DNA of 62,102 bases, the filler included, from Sluysia triapertura (lineage: Eukaryota), in assembly GCA_046118255.1 (NCBI GenBank). It is 5 parts of 5 records of this genome, joined end to end, with 100 filler letters (N's around TTAATTAATTAA, not from the genome) between each part and the next. Parts side by side here need not be neighbours in the genome. Positions count along the whole stretch, not along the records: positions 1 to 11,123 come from JBJNIA010188544.1; positions 11,224 to 22,479 come from JBJNIA010186680.1; 3 more parts are not named here. One strand, given 5' to 3'. The number at the start of each line of letters is the position of its first letter. Position 1 is the first letter of the stretch. The notes below the pieces were generated by a model. That model was not told the DNA's origin, did no database searches, and was given only the letters and a program-made list of their open reading frames with translations. Position numbers and translations under genes: made by a program. Positions 1 to 12,369 of the stretch are shown here, in pieces.

Positions 1-61
1 ATGTGACTCTAACCAAATATACAACTAGATGTTATAAAATCGTGTATTTAAATATTTGACA

Positions 62-900
62 TTAAAATCTCTCGCGAACCCATAGTTTAAGAAGGCCTGG
101 TTTATTAAATCCAGAATAAATAATATCATAATTATTTCTAAAATATGTCTTTGTGAATGTATTAATTACAATAATCGAACGGGTCAGTGTAAATGATGCA
201 GGTAAAAATAAAATGTTTATGTAATTGTTTATAACCTTGAATTGAGCAAGTTGAATTAGGATGATAGAATATCGATTTTTTAAAATCAAATATTTCGAAT
301 TTATGAGTAACGAATCGTAAGTAAAACTAAATATTTTTTCTTTATTTCTTCAACATTGTGCTAAATTAAAGCACGAAAATACAGTCCACTTGCTATATAC
401 TGTAAGGTTTGTTGTTTCAACGATATTTTCATCTTTAAATTTTGTCGAAATAGGTTTATATTTAAAATTATCTGTATGACTTCGCTGAAATTTGTTCCTA
501 ATTTGTTGTAATGATATCATTGAATTTCTAATACGATATAACTTTATTTTAGAATTATAAACTAAACTATGTAATTGATTTAATAACATAAAGTTTCTTC
601 TGCTTTTTGAAATTAATTACATCCAAATTAATATCATCTCTTAATCTTTGCTTTTCTGTTTCTGATTGAGAAAATGATGGTATACATTTTTGAACTTTTA
701 TGTAACATGTACTTTGGTATAATAAAGTTTTTCCACAAAAATATGTATTAATTGTAAATAAAACTAAGCACAAATTGTAGTACTGCTTCTTCACAATCAA
801 TAAAACATAGATTCTTAATTAACACTAATTCACATCATCGAAACTCTATGTAGTTTTTTTAAAAAACAAATTTTATGACAGATACTAAATGCGTACTTTA
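62..900 (-). pseudogene. Decayed ORF, possibly BTB/BACK-like
   Basis: A minus frame near 760-835 reads ELVLIKNLCFIDCEEAVLQFVLSFIYN, resembling the BACK motif LxVxxEExVFxAVxxW. Multiple stops and frameshifts. Confidence 0.25.
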
Positions 901-1589
901 TCGAGTAACACATACACAAATATATGACTGCAGATACATAACCTGGAAAAAACAAAAGAATAAGAAGAAAGGTTGCTAATAATAATAATGATAGAGAAAT
1001 AATAATGATAGCAACAACGTAATTATTATATAATTTAAAATAACGATATTGATGATGTTAATATGAAATTTATTATAAAAGTTATTATATGATAATCATA
1101 TTGTACAACAATAGCTATAGTTCATGATAGTCATGTACAATGGTTATGTTTGTTTTTTGAATGAGTTTAGTAATTTGTTTAATGATCTGTGTATATGTGA
1201 AATGTTTTTATGTGATGAAGTGTGATGAACTTTGTGTGATTTCTCTACACTAACTGACATAAGATGAAATAACATGATTTATATATTAAATGATCATCAG
1301 AACATTGGTATTTGTGCATTTTTACAAGAACTGCAAGATGCAAGATTTTTAATTGAATTAAGTACTTCATTTAAATAACAAATAATCATTTTCTGAAATA
1401 TTAATTTCATCATGGTATGCATCGTTTGATCAATATCACTTCTAAAATCAAGTGCCTCATCCATTTATTTATGATATTTTATATTAGAATAGTAAGACGA
1501 CAATAATGCAAAAACAATAACCTTTTACATTATAATAACAATATTAAGTTTTCGTTGTGTAATTAAGCATAGAAGTTACCATTGTCATG

Positions 1590-1737
1590 AGAGTTGCGAA
1601 CAATTGTTGAATTTTGAGTTGTGTTGTATCATTAGTGTTTCTGATATTTGTATATTATTTGTTGATTTTTAATAACTATACTAAGTTCAGTTGAAGTTTG
1701 TTTATGATAATTATGTTTTAGGGTTGGATTCACCATA
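1590..1737 (-). repeat. LTR-like repeat terminus, homologous to 22830-22980
   Basis: Shared blocks with 22830-22980 (tgttgaattttgag, tgtttctgat, ttatttgttgattttta, ttgaagtttgttta). Minus-strand starts are TATGGTGAATCCAAC and TGTGGCGAATTCAAC. Confidence 0.55.
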
Positions 1738-2633
1738 CATGTGTTTTCACCATATAATCTTTTCCATTTACAAAGGCAAGCGATTACTAGTATTTTAGTA
1801 AAAGTATGTGCCTACTAATATAAAACTGATGTTACACAATATACTGTGATATGTCGATGTTGTCGGTCTAAGACTCTTCCTAGCCAACTGTATCACGATT
1901 CTTTAGAGATCCAAGGCCAGGCTGTACCTTGAGGTGGTCCTGCGTAGAGATATCTCCATACTTAACTATAATTACATAACTATTTTATTAAATTTTAAAA
2001 TATCATTATTTAATTGTTCACTCACGTTTTCCATTTTCATTTCTTAACTATTAATGCGGCTATGTTCACTGTACAAGTATCATGTCTGGCAAGTGAAATT
2101 TAATGCAGAACAATTCTATATTGTGCAACATGTGACTTTCAGTTCATACTGAGTAAAATTCATACATTGTATTGGTGATCTCATTTATTAATGTACTTTA
2201 TTTCTAATTTACTTGGTTTGTTAATGAATTCTTTATATAAATTAAAAAAACTTCTTATTTTATATATCCTAATGACTTCGTGTAGTTTTATCCGGTATAT
2301 CGAATTAACACTCATCTCTGTTGTTAAATGCGGAAGTGCTAACACTAAAATCGATGAAATTTTATTTATGATACAAAATTTTAATTCTTACCAAATAATA
2401 TTTGCAAAATTAAAATTATCTTCAACACTGAATAAATCCTATTTTTAGTATGTCTTGTAGATTTTCTCCGTGTAATATTCAACCATTCATAATTTAACAT
2501 TATGATTCATTTATTATGAATTCAAATTTGATTTAATTATTAAATAATTCGCTTCACCAATAAATTCATCATTGTATAGTTAGAAGTACTGCTTGTATGT
2601 GAAGTAATGAAAAATGAAATAAATTAAAATATA

Positions 2634-4178
2634 TTAAAGTAGTATCTTGGAATAACTCGTCAGATAACTATTTTGATTGAACCGATTATACGTATAGTAA
2701 TAATGGTTATTGAAATTATTATAATTGGAATACCTATTACTATTATTATTTACGAAGTAATTATTATTATTAATTGGGTTGGCAGGAAAAATCGGTGTTG
2801 TGAGAGTTGGAATTGCCGAATACACGGGATAGAAGTAGTTTGGTGCTGGAAATAATATCGTGTTGTATGGATTATAAGTGCCGTTATAAAGATAAGAATT
2901 GACAAAATTATTGGTATTATAATTGTGATTATAATTCTGTGGACCCATTGTTATTTGTTCGGTGGCATGCTTGATTTGATTCTTTTCGATGAATTTTTTG
3001 ATACGATTTATGAATCTTTCAAAATTTTCTGGTTTATTAAATAAAGGAGCTTTTACGTAATCTAATGCTAAGAAAACATTTCCAAATTTCAAATAATTGT
3101 TGATCCATTGACTCACATAACTGAATCTAAAAAAAGCTTAATTGAATTCACAATGCAAACTGTTTACTTAAATGATTCTGTTAATCGTCGGAAGTACTTT
3201 CTTCTGTATCCCATCTTTTCAATTTCGCTGTAATTCCTTTTAGAAGGAAGTTGACTAATGTGAAACCACTTGATGGTCTAAAAGAATAATTATTTAATCT
3301 ACTTATTGATCTACTAACCTGTATTTCATTTATTGTGTTACAAGTGAACACTGTGTCTTCGGGCACGCCAATAATTATGAAGAAGCGGAAATTTACTTTT
3401 TTGTATTTGCATCGAAAATATAAGTTTGGATTTAATATTTTCGAAATATCCAATCCTATTTCTTCTTTCACTTCTCTGATTGCACAACTTTCGAAAGTTT
3501 CTCTATCCTCCTTCTTACCTCCAGGATACAACCAATAAGACGTCTTGCAATGTTCGACAAGCACTATTTTATCCAAGTTTTCATTTAATATAATACATGC
3601 ACAAACAGGATAGTTTCTTTGTATCCAATAAGAATAAGTATCAAGCCAGCAAAAATTTTTCAGTTTAATGTGATGGGTCAATTGGTAAAGAAAATTGAAG
3701 AACGATATATCGGAATCATTATTATCGATGTACTTCCAGTACATTTTTTGAACATCAAAACAGAAGTCCATATTACTTTGCTTACTGACTTGGAATTCTC
3801 TGATTTAATCAATCAATTTAATAATATTAAAATATACTTTTGTAAATTTATCATAATTTGTTGTGGAATCCAGTCTCTTCGTAAATCAGATACTTTGACA
3901 CATTCTTTCCAGTCTTCTTTGTAATTGACAAAGACTGATTTGTACATTTCTAAAACTGAAAATTAACATAAAAATAAGTCAAATAGCTAACCTTTATCTA
4001 AAAAAAAATTATATGCCATTGATTTGTGAATGTTAGGATTGAAGTATTTATCCATGAACTCGCAATATATCTTTTCAATTTCAATGAAGATGTCTGTCAA
4101 TTCCATATTATTAATATTGTGATCATTGACCAATTTTTCTAAAATATCGTCAAACGACAATTTAGATCGATTTTTCAT
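2634..4178 (-). CDS. Dcp2-like mRNA-decapping Nudix hydrolase, paralog 1 (5 coding exons, duplicated Box A, Asn/Tyr-rich tail)
   Basis: Intact Nudix box GKKEDRETFESCAIREVKEEIGL. Dcp2-type segments: FCFDVQKMYWKYID, YPVCACIILNENLDKIVLV, and spliced NEIQ/TIKWFHISQLP. GT-AG introns at about 3956-3991, 3802-3835, 3278-3318 and 3121-3167 restore one frame. Confidence 0.85.
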
Positions 4179-5359
4179 TTTCAATACCTTAAAAAATGAA
4201 TGCCAAATTTTTAAAACAAAAAAAGATTAAATAACAGTTGTATTTCATCAATTTTATTGAGATATTATTAATATTTCTGTTGCTTATTATATTTCATAAT
4301 TTAGGTCACAGTAATTCCAAAATATATAGAAATATCGAAAATAGAAAGTTCTTTATTTTTATTTCTTATTTTCGAGTTAATGTATTATGTAATCAATGCA
4401 ATATGGCTGTGAGAAGTATGAAGTAATTTTAATCAATTAATCAACAGATTTGTCTCTCAGTTTACATTTCTGTATCATCGTTTATCGAACCAATGATTAT
4501 TATTGATTAAATTTATGATAAAATTCAGTATGAAATTATAATACCGTCAATTTCCGAAAAATATCCTAAATTTTCAAAGATTTATTCTAATTATTACGTA
4601 ATTTTTTAAAACTAACCTTTTAAAACCCTTATAAATCTTCTTAATTGATTCTACCATTTTGCCTCTTTTGAACTAAAATCATTGTTTAAAAAATTGATTA
4701 TTACTACAATCAATGATGCATTATTATTCTTTGTTAAAAATTTATTTTAAACATTTTCAAAAATTCTATTTGAGTATTGTGTCAAAGTTATATTTCTTGA
4801 CGAAATATTGATTTGTCGTCACTCACGCGGAAGATATTGATATTTTTAAAAAATTGAAGTTAATCAGATTAAAAATGAAATATACGAAATGCGTTTGGGC
4901 ACAAAAATAGGTTGCGTTTTTAGAACATGCTGTATCAAACAATAATAATAAAAGGCCATTACAGCAAATTATTATAGAAGATTCATTAAAGATTTTTTGT
5001 AAAAGTACACAATCGCTAAGGAAACTAACTTATAAGGTTTCTGAATTTAAGTGTCCTTACTACGACGCCTTTTTTATTGACCGTAGTTGCAAATAACAAC
5101 GCTGTTGGAATAATTTTGAGGCACCTTATGGAAATAATAATTGTCGCCGCCTATATATATTGTTTATAAATTGTTTAGACATTACTTATTAGGACATAAA
5201 GTTTACTTGTATGCAGACTAAAGAGACTACGCTATCAGAATTCGATTTGAGCATTATTTATATTAAATAAAAAGGCTTCCGCTGGATATAAACCGCTAGT
5301 TGCGGGTGAACCAACATACATAGATTCGTAAATATAAATGTTTGTATTAAATGGATGTA

Positions 5360-7293
5360 TCACTTCGAATTTGATGTGGACAATACGTAGACATCGTCGT
5401 TGTACTCTGTTGAAGTATTGTCGATAGCGATATTAGTATAATAGTTATTACCACCGATCATTCGATAATCACCTTCATCGACAGTGACGCAGTGCTTGTT
5501 GGTGTTGCATCTTGCACAGTATTTATTGGTACAGTATCTACTAGTGTCACAACTGATGCAGTAATTACCAATACCGATATCAGTATCACAGTTAGTACAA
5601 TAACTACTAGAACAGGTGGCGGTACAATATTTAGAAGTGGCACATTCGATACAATAAATATCACTGTGACTTCTGTTGTTCCCTTTCCGAACAAAGGGAA
5701 AATGATTGGTCGTCCGAGTGACACTGAAGTCGTGTTCATTGGTCGATAATTTACAAGATCCATTCTTTGATTTATTATTTCTATTATTGTTTCCTTGTTT
5801 TGTGTTGGTTGCTTTGCATCTTACGTCTCCATAGTTACGGTTGTTAATTGACGTACAACTGTTAAATGAAAAGTCGAATATATTCACTTCGCAACTACTG
5901 CCATTTTTCGAAAAATCACTAACCGGCTTCATATCAAAACTGTTTGTCTTTCTATATTTTCTTGAATATGAATTTCTCCTGTAATGACAACCTTCAAATG
6001 AGCAATTTATTTTCTTTCCAACACTGTAGCCGCGCATCTTACTTAATACATCTTCATACTCATCATCTGTTGCTATGTTTTCATTTTCATCATTACAATA
6101 CCGAATGAAATCTTTTTCATAATTATCAACGCAATTACCCAATAATTCCCCTCTTTTTCTTGGTTTTGTATTCTTATTCGTCACATCATTTAGTGCTTCG
6201 TACACATTTTTACCGAAACAGCGATGATGTTTGATCCATTCTTTTAAATACCTGTGAAATAATGTTAGTTTCCAATAATCACAATAATTACCTGCAAGAA
6301 TTGATCACCAAATTGAATGAATGCACTTGAGAACCCATTTCTTCGTACGTATTTCTTTTCCAAGGAATATCACTTAAAGGAAACCATTTGATGGTCTAAG
6401 ATTACAAGTTACAATGATAGAATATAAATTATTACTTTTATTTCGTATTTCGACAGCGGACTGAATGCAGTGTCCTCAGACACACCAGCTACAATGAAAA
6501 AGCGTCTTCGAATATTGTGGAAACTGCTTCGAAAATATAAATTCGAATTTATTCTATTTGAAATGTCGATACCAATTTCTTCTTCCACTTCTCTTATGAC
6601 ACACTGTGTAAAGTTTTCTCTGTGTTCTTTCTTTCCACCCGGAAAATACCAAAGCGGTGAATTAAAACCGAGAAGTAACAAAATTTTACTATAATCTTCG
6701 TTCAATATTAAACAATACGAAACTGGATGGACCTTGCGCTTCCATTGGAAGTAATTTTCTAACCAATCAAATTCAACAGATTCACCAGTTTCAATGAAAA
6801 GGTATAAAAAGTGAATAAACGACAATGCCGAAATTTTGCCATCGTCTTTCATCTTCCAATACATTCTCTGTACATCGAAACAAAAATCTGGATAATTCAT
6901 CTTTTTAATTTTGAATAGTCTAAATTAGATATTGATAATGTTTTCTTAGATTATTACTTCTGAATATCGACAATTTTCATTTCAAAAAGTCGATTCTTTT
7001 TCAATTTCCATATGTGAAAGTACTCACGCCAATTTTCGTCATATTTGCTTATGTTTTCTTTGTACGTTTCAAAAACTATAACTTAATAAATAATATTCGA
7101 ATAATTTACTTATTTCTAAAAATGTGACACACGATTTTATTTCCTGAAACAAAGCATTGTAAAATCTGTCCATAAATGCGCAGTAGATTTTTTCTACAGC
7201 TGAAAATATGTCATCTAATTCCATTTCCCATATTCCCCCATTTGCCCTAACCATCTCATCGATAAAAATAAATTCATCACTGTTAGGGTCCAT
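5360..7293 (-). CDS. Dcp2-like mRNA-decapping Nudix hydrolase, paralog 2 (same intron positions, Cys-rich tail)
   Basis: Nudix box GKKEHRENFTQCVIREVEEEIGI; FCFDVQRMYWKMKD; spliced YEIK/TIKWFPLSDIP. Four short introns sit at the same positions as in paralog 1 (e.g. 7076-7109). The last exon is in frame with track ORF 5360..6205. Confidence 0.85.
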
Positions 7294-9618
7294 TTGAAAT
7301 AACGAAGAAGAAAAAGATTTAAAAAAAAACAAATTCTAGCATGATAAAGTTTAATTTTCAACATTCGAAATATAATAATCATAATAAAAATAATAATCCT
7401 AATCACAATCACAAAAGGAAGGACTGTACTGATGAAAAACTTAAGAAAGAAGGCAAACATCCGTAAAGAACATCATTATCTTGGCCAGGCTCTACGAGAG
7501 AAGCTTTGGTTGAAGTATAAGTTTAATTATTTTAATGCATTATGTTTTGAATGATCACCTAAATAATGAAAATAAAAAACTAAATAATGAAAATAAAAAT
7601 ATTACAAAAAATTAAACTTTTCTACAGCTTTTTTTATTTTATAATTAATAATTTCAATAATTAATATATAAAAAATTGAATCAATATTGACGTATAAATT
7701 CCATATTAAATAAAGTACTTACTTTAGTGAATAATTGAATTGTATCTAAAATAGAAATAATAAACATTGAGTTGTCCAAAAAACTATCCAGCGAAATAAA
7801 CCAATCGAGTAAATTTTAGTACGAGTATTTGAAATACACAAAGTAATATTATCAGTCATTCTTTATTAACATTTTTAAATAAATATGCTCATCATTCAAA
7901 TAATAAATAATAAGTTAGTAATAATTCGTTGGACATTAATTAATACGTCATCTTTTGAAACTGCACATCAATTTTAAACTTTTTATAAATATCTATTCGT
8001 AGATGAATCAGAACAGAACTGTATGTAAATATATTTTCAATATAAATGAGAAGATACTAGTAATTATTCTAGTCCAGTATTGATGGACATTCGAAAATCA
8101 CTATTCTTTTTCAATTTCTTTTGAAGCAGTTGATATCAGTTTTAATTATGATTTTTATGTACTTTGTTGAGATACTTCTGACATATTGAATTAAGAATGT
8201 TTGGAACCTTTAAAATGTCCTTGGATCTTAATAACGAGCTGCCAATTTCCCAATTTAAACTCCATTTTCAAATAAACGATTATAACATTTAAAAATCAAC
8301 ATATTTCATCGAATCTGGTAGATAATTTTAAATAATCATAATATATTTTGGATATCTTTGAACTGAATTTGCAACAAATATTTTTTATCTTTACTGTTAC
8401 AATCAAAATGAATCATATTTCATAATTTGCTCATTATATAAATTTTTTAATTCTTTGTTAAAATAATAAATTAAATTAATTATTAAAATATTTAAAATAT
8501 AATAGTTAAAAATATTCAATTTATAATATAAAAAATATGCTTTATTTTATATAAAAAATAAAACTGAATTAATTGACTATAAATAATTGAAATTTTTGAA
8601 ATTGTAAATCAAAAAATATTTACAAAGCACTTTTATTAATTGATTAAACAACTGACGATATTTTCTATTTTTTAATATTTACATTTTAATATTTACTATT
8701 TATTTCCATTTATTTTTTTTCATTTTTTGGAAAATAAGATTGAATTTATTACATGAACATGTTATGAACATATTATTTTTAAAGATAGATTATTTCTGAA
8801 AATATTAAATTTATCTAATTTGAAACTATTTCGTGCTTGCATTCCCAATATATGGATTTTTGGGGGATTTAATTTTTTTCTTCAGTTAACAATGATTGTA
8901 ACTTATCTAAATATATTGTGAGAAGCACGCATGTAGAATAAAGTTGATTTAAGATATCGTGAATTCACCAACGTACTGGACTTACCAACGAGGGCCAGCC
9001 GTTGGAATTTACGTAAAGAAAAGGTGCTTTTAAAATCTCAAAAATTTAATCAACTTCCTAACTAAAAACCTGGAGGTAACTTTATTAATGTTATTCTAAC
9101 TTGTCCTATTAACTTAAGAATGATTTTACACGAATCCTGTAATAAGGATTCTTTATATTATTTTTTAATTAAGGATTTTACCAAAAACTTGTTACTATTT
9201 TATTTTTCAATTATATCAGAACTCAATACGTTTCTTCTATGAAGGTTTATTATATTCACAAAAAGATAAAATACAATAATAAAATAATAATGATATATAT
9301 TTTGCTTGAATTACTAAATGTAATTCAAATGATACTAAAATTTTAAAAAAGGATTTTGCAGTGATCTATAACAAGATCACGAAAAATTAAATAAGTTAAT
9401 GATTTTACCTGTATTTTTCAGTGATATTTTTTAAATAATATCTTCCTTAAAGAAAATAAACTAACGTGTACAATTAATGTTAGACAGATTGATAGGTAAA
9501 GAATTATTCGTCCAATAAACTGTAAAAACTGCCAAGAGGATTGAAACTTTGAACCAACAAAGTTTATATTAACCGAATCTTGCTTTAAAAATTTGTGTTT
9601 GAAAAATTGTGAATTATG

Positions 9619-10302
9619 TTAATTATAATGCTGGTTATACGGGGTACAAGTGACACATAGAATCTGAGGTTTATTTAAAAAATTTGTGGCATATTGGAAT
9701 GCCACAAACATAAGCCTATCCTCATCATATGCAGAGAGAGGTGGCACATCTGTAAATGAGGAACCCATTTTCCAACGGCCTATGTTGTCAGTATCTTGGG
9801 CGAAAGGTAGAAAAGAGGGCGCAAAAAGAGGCGGGCGGGGTATGACAAATAAAAGGGCTACATACGTTGGATATTCCAACGCCTCTACTGTCAATTCACA
9901 ATCCTTTGTCAACTCAGAAAGACAGAGAGTTGACAAACCCTCTAAACGCAAGAGTAATGGGGTTTTGTTGACCGAAAGACTTATTTTGACTGTTCCGAAG
10001 GCGGATGCAATATATAAGGTATTAAAGGATTCGGGAGCGTTATTAAGACCACATAGAGATATAGCTGGACTTTCTGAAGTTAAGGAGAAAATATGTGTCG
10101 CTAAGTTGTCTGTAAGTTCCGATTTTAACTTACAGTCTGTCGCAAAAGAAGTGGGGTAAAAGACTAGGGTAGTATTAGCGGCGCAGAATCGTTCTACCGC
10201 TGTATAAAAAGCCCTTATTTGAGTAAGAACGCGGGGCTGGTGGCGATGATTGAGTTGAAGTTGAAGATCTTGTTGTGGCTGTTGTTGAGGTGGTGTTTTG
10301 TA
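9619..10302 (-). CDS. Unknown protein; ~228-codon open frame starting after a splice acceptor
   Basis: The frame of track ORF 9619..9951 stays open up to about 10362 (YKTPPQQQPQQDLQLQLNHRHQPRVLTQIRAFYTAVERFCAANTTLVFYPTSF...). It lacks a 5' ATG, and tttttttatcag acceptor precedes 10302. Confidence 0.55.
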   Translation of the reverse strand, partial: YKTPPQQQPQQDLQLQLNHRHQPRVLTQIRAFYTAVERFCAANTTLVFYPTSFATDCKLKSELTDNLATHIFSLTSESPAISLCGLNNAPESFNTLYIASAFGTVKISLSVNKTPLLLRLEGLSTLCLSELTKDCELTVEALEYPTYVALLFVIPRPPLFAPSFLPFAQDTDNIGRWKMGSSFTDVPPLSAYDEDRLMFVAFQYATNFLNKPQILCVTCTPYNQHYN

Positions 10303-10431
10303 CTGATAAAAAAACGTTAAAAATATAACGAAAATGCATATGTAAAAAGGAAGTTTTTTGTCTTAAGTAATTAATTTTTTCAACATAATTCATTTTTTAT
10401 GATATAATATATAATAATATTTGAGAAATAA

Positions 10432-10968
10432 CTAAAATTGTTTAAGAAAAGGATTTTTACTTAATCGTTTATTTCTTTTATGAAATTTTTTAAGTTGGCG
10501 TCTTCGATAATTACGCCTTTGAGACTTAGTTAGTCCTGGTGGATAATCAGGCTTTGGCATCTGAAATCCGTTATACAGGACAGTGACACCTGGAAAAGTT
10601 GGAGGTTTATAAATATAAACACTCGCATTCTCCTGGAGCCCATTATAAGCTACAACAGGATTAGACCCAGGTTTGATGAATTTGACGGAGAAGTCGTAGG
10701 ACTTACGAAATAATTTTTTATAGTAGATATCGAATTCGGTGATTGTGACTCGGCACAAAGGGCAAGAAGGTAAAGGGGTAGGAGCAGAGTCGAACAGAAA
10801 GTATAGACATCTAAAGTGAAATCGATGTCTACATGGCAATGCGATAGCGTAGTATCTGTGTATGGTTCTTCTACATATGGAGTATAGGGTGAATCGTAAT
10901 GATGATTTCGTGATTTTGCTAGAAAATAGAATAATAAGATGATTTTTATAAAATAGTAAATAAAACAA
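10432..10968 (-). CDS. RING-finger protein (degenerate RING-H2) with basic C-terminus
   Basis: YSIC...LPCRHRFHFRCL...SCPLCR, with the first Cys replaced by Tyr. Basic tail SQRRNYRRRQLKKFHKRNKR. No 5' ATG; candidate acceptor near 10919. Confidence 0.7.
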   Translation of the reverse strand: MFYLLFYKNHLIILFSSKITKSSLRFTLYSICRRTIHRYYAIALPCRHRFHFRCLYFLFDSAPTPLPSCPLCRVTITEFDIYYKKLFRKSYDFSVKFIKPGSNPVVAYNGLQENASVYIYKPPTFPGVTVLYNGFQMPKPDYPPGLTKSQRRNYRRRQLKKFHKRNKRLSKNPFLKQF

Positions 10969-11123
10969 ATTTAAAATTTACACTTATTTAGCTAATTGTA
11001 TTAGTAAAACTCATTCTTTTTTAATTATTGTGATGATTTTACTAAAATATGAATTTCAACACTGTCCTATCCACAACCGAAAATGGGCAGTTAACAGCCG
11101 CCACATATGGTTAGTGAACAGGA

Positions 11124-11223
11124 NNNNNNNNNNNNNNNNNNNNNNNNNNNNNNNNNNNNNNNNNNNNTTAATTAATTAANNNNNNNNNNNNNNNNNNNNN
11201 NNNNNNNNNNNNNNNNNNNNNNN
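11124..11223. other. Assembly gap with artificial TTAATTAATTAA linker (also ~22480-22579, ~36023-36122, ~47554-47653; plain N gap ~31322-31449)
   Basis: An identical 12-mer with stops in all frames sits between N runs, often next to (TTA)n/(AAT)n microsatellites. Confidence 0.95.
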
Positions 11224-11277
<54 letters not shown>

Positions 11278-12369
11278 TTCATTATTATTATTATTATTAT
11301 ATTGCATTACATTTCATTGTATTTTATTATATTAGTGTATTACATTATTATTATTGCTTATTTATTATTATTAATGCAATTGAAGCAAACGTTTTATAAA
11401 TGTTTGTAACTTTAATTTTGATCTTTCATGTTCATTTGAAAATGTCTTAAAAGAAAAGATTGTGCTTAAAATAATGATCCTTTTACTTAAAATTAGGTTT
11501 TATAACACCACATATAACAATACTGATTCATAATACCTATATGCTTTATAAATGATTGTACTGTTGACTACGGAATTTATTTGTCAATGCATAATTGAAG
11601 AGTTCATCCAGATTACTGTCACATTCAACTAATTTAACAATGTACAGTAATAAAATTGAAATGTTGAATTTTCTATATATTTGCATTTTCCTCTATTATT
11701 GATGATTAAGTCATTATAATGTCCTGGCCATCAGTAACTATTAAATATCATAAATTAATTATATTTCAATTTCTATCTTACAATTATTTTTTTAACATAA
11801 AATGCTTACATTTTCTCCAGTTAAATTTTATAATAATAATAATGCTGGTTAATTTAATTTTTAATATAATAATATTAAAGAATAAGGTTTTTGTGTAATG
11901 TTAAGTAGTGTTTTACTATTTAAAAATTCAAGTAGATTCACTATTAATATTCTAATTATTATATTTTAAACAAAATTAATAAATGTTGCTTAGTAAGTTA
12001 TTATTATCGTTATTAATAATATCTATTACGTACAATGTAGTTATATGGCAGTATTCGAAACGTATTGTTTTATATTAAAATTTATGTAAACTGCATCCTA
12101 TTATTACAACTAAAAGTATATAAACCTAACTACTGCTACAAATTACTTTTGAAATTTGTAATACAAATGCAATGCTAAAGAACCAGTAAACTATAAATTA
12201 CCAAGAAATTTTATCAAACGTTTTAGGCATCAAAGTATGTATTTACGTTTGTTATATTCTTAACGTTGCTTAAGAGGTCGACTCGTCAATAAGAAACAAG
12301 AAGCTTTCATGTTTTTCAAAAGTGAAGCTCAATCTAACGTAACAATTGAATCTAAGACTAGAATGCTTC

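Larger units (their letters stand above)
8917..11105 (-). mobile_element. LTR-like unit (TGTG...CACA termini) containing two ORFs
   Basis: Minus strand begins TGTGGCGGC (11105) and ends TTCTCACA (8917). Segment 8930-9617 is homologous to 21034-21910 and 42320-43100. The internal part is more GC-rich than the flanks. Termini are inferred. Confidence 0.45.

Noticed and set aside
2545-2575. Minus-strand aTGATGA-atttattggt-GAAgC hammerhead-like string
   Set aside because: Too many core mismatches and no stems I/III; expected by chance in AT-rich DNA.
3335-3924. Plus-strand ORFs over the Dcp2 genes (also 2673.., 5492.., 6470..)
   Set aside because: Antisense shadows of the Nudix coding exons.
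9686-10159. 157-aa plus-strand ORF
   Set aside because: In-register antisense shadow of the longer minus-strand frame.
11168-11179. Recurrent TTAATTAATTAA between N runs
   Set aside because: Artificial scaffold linker. Adjacency across these gaps is uncertain.
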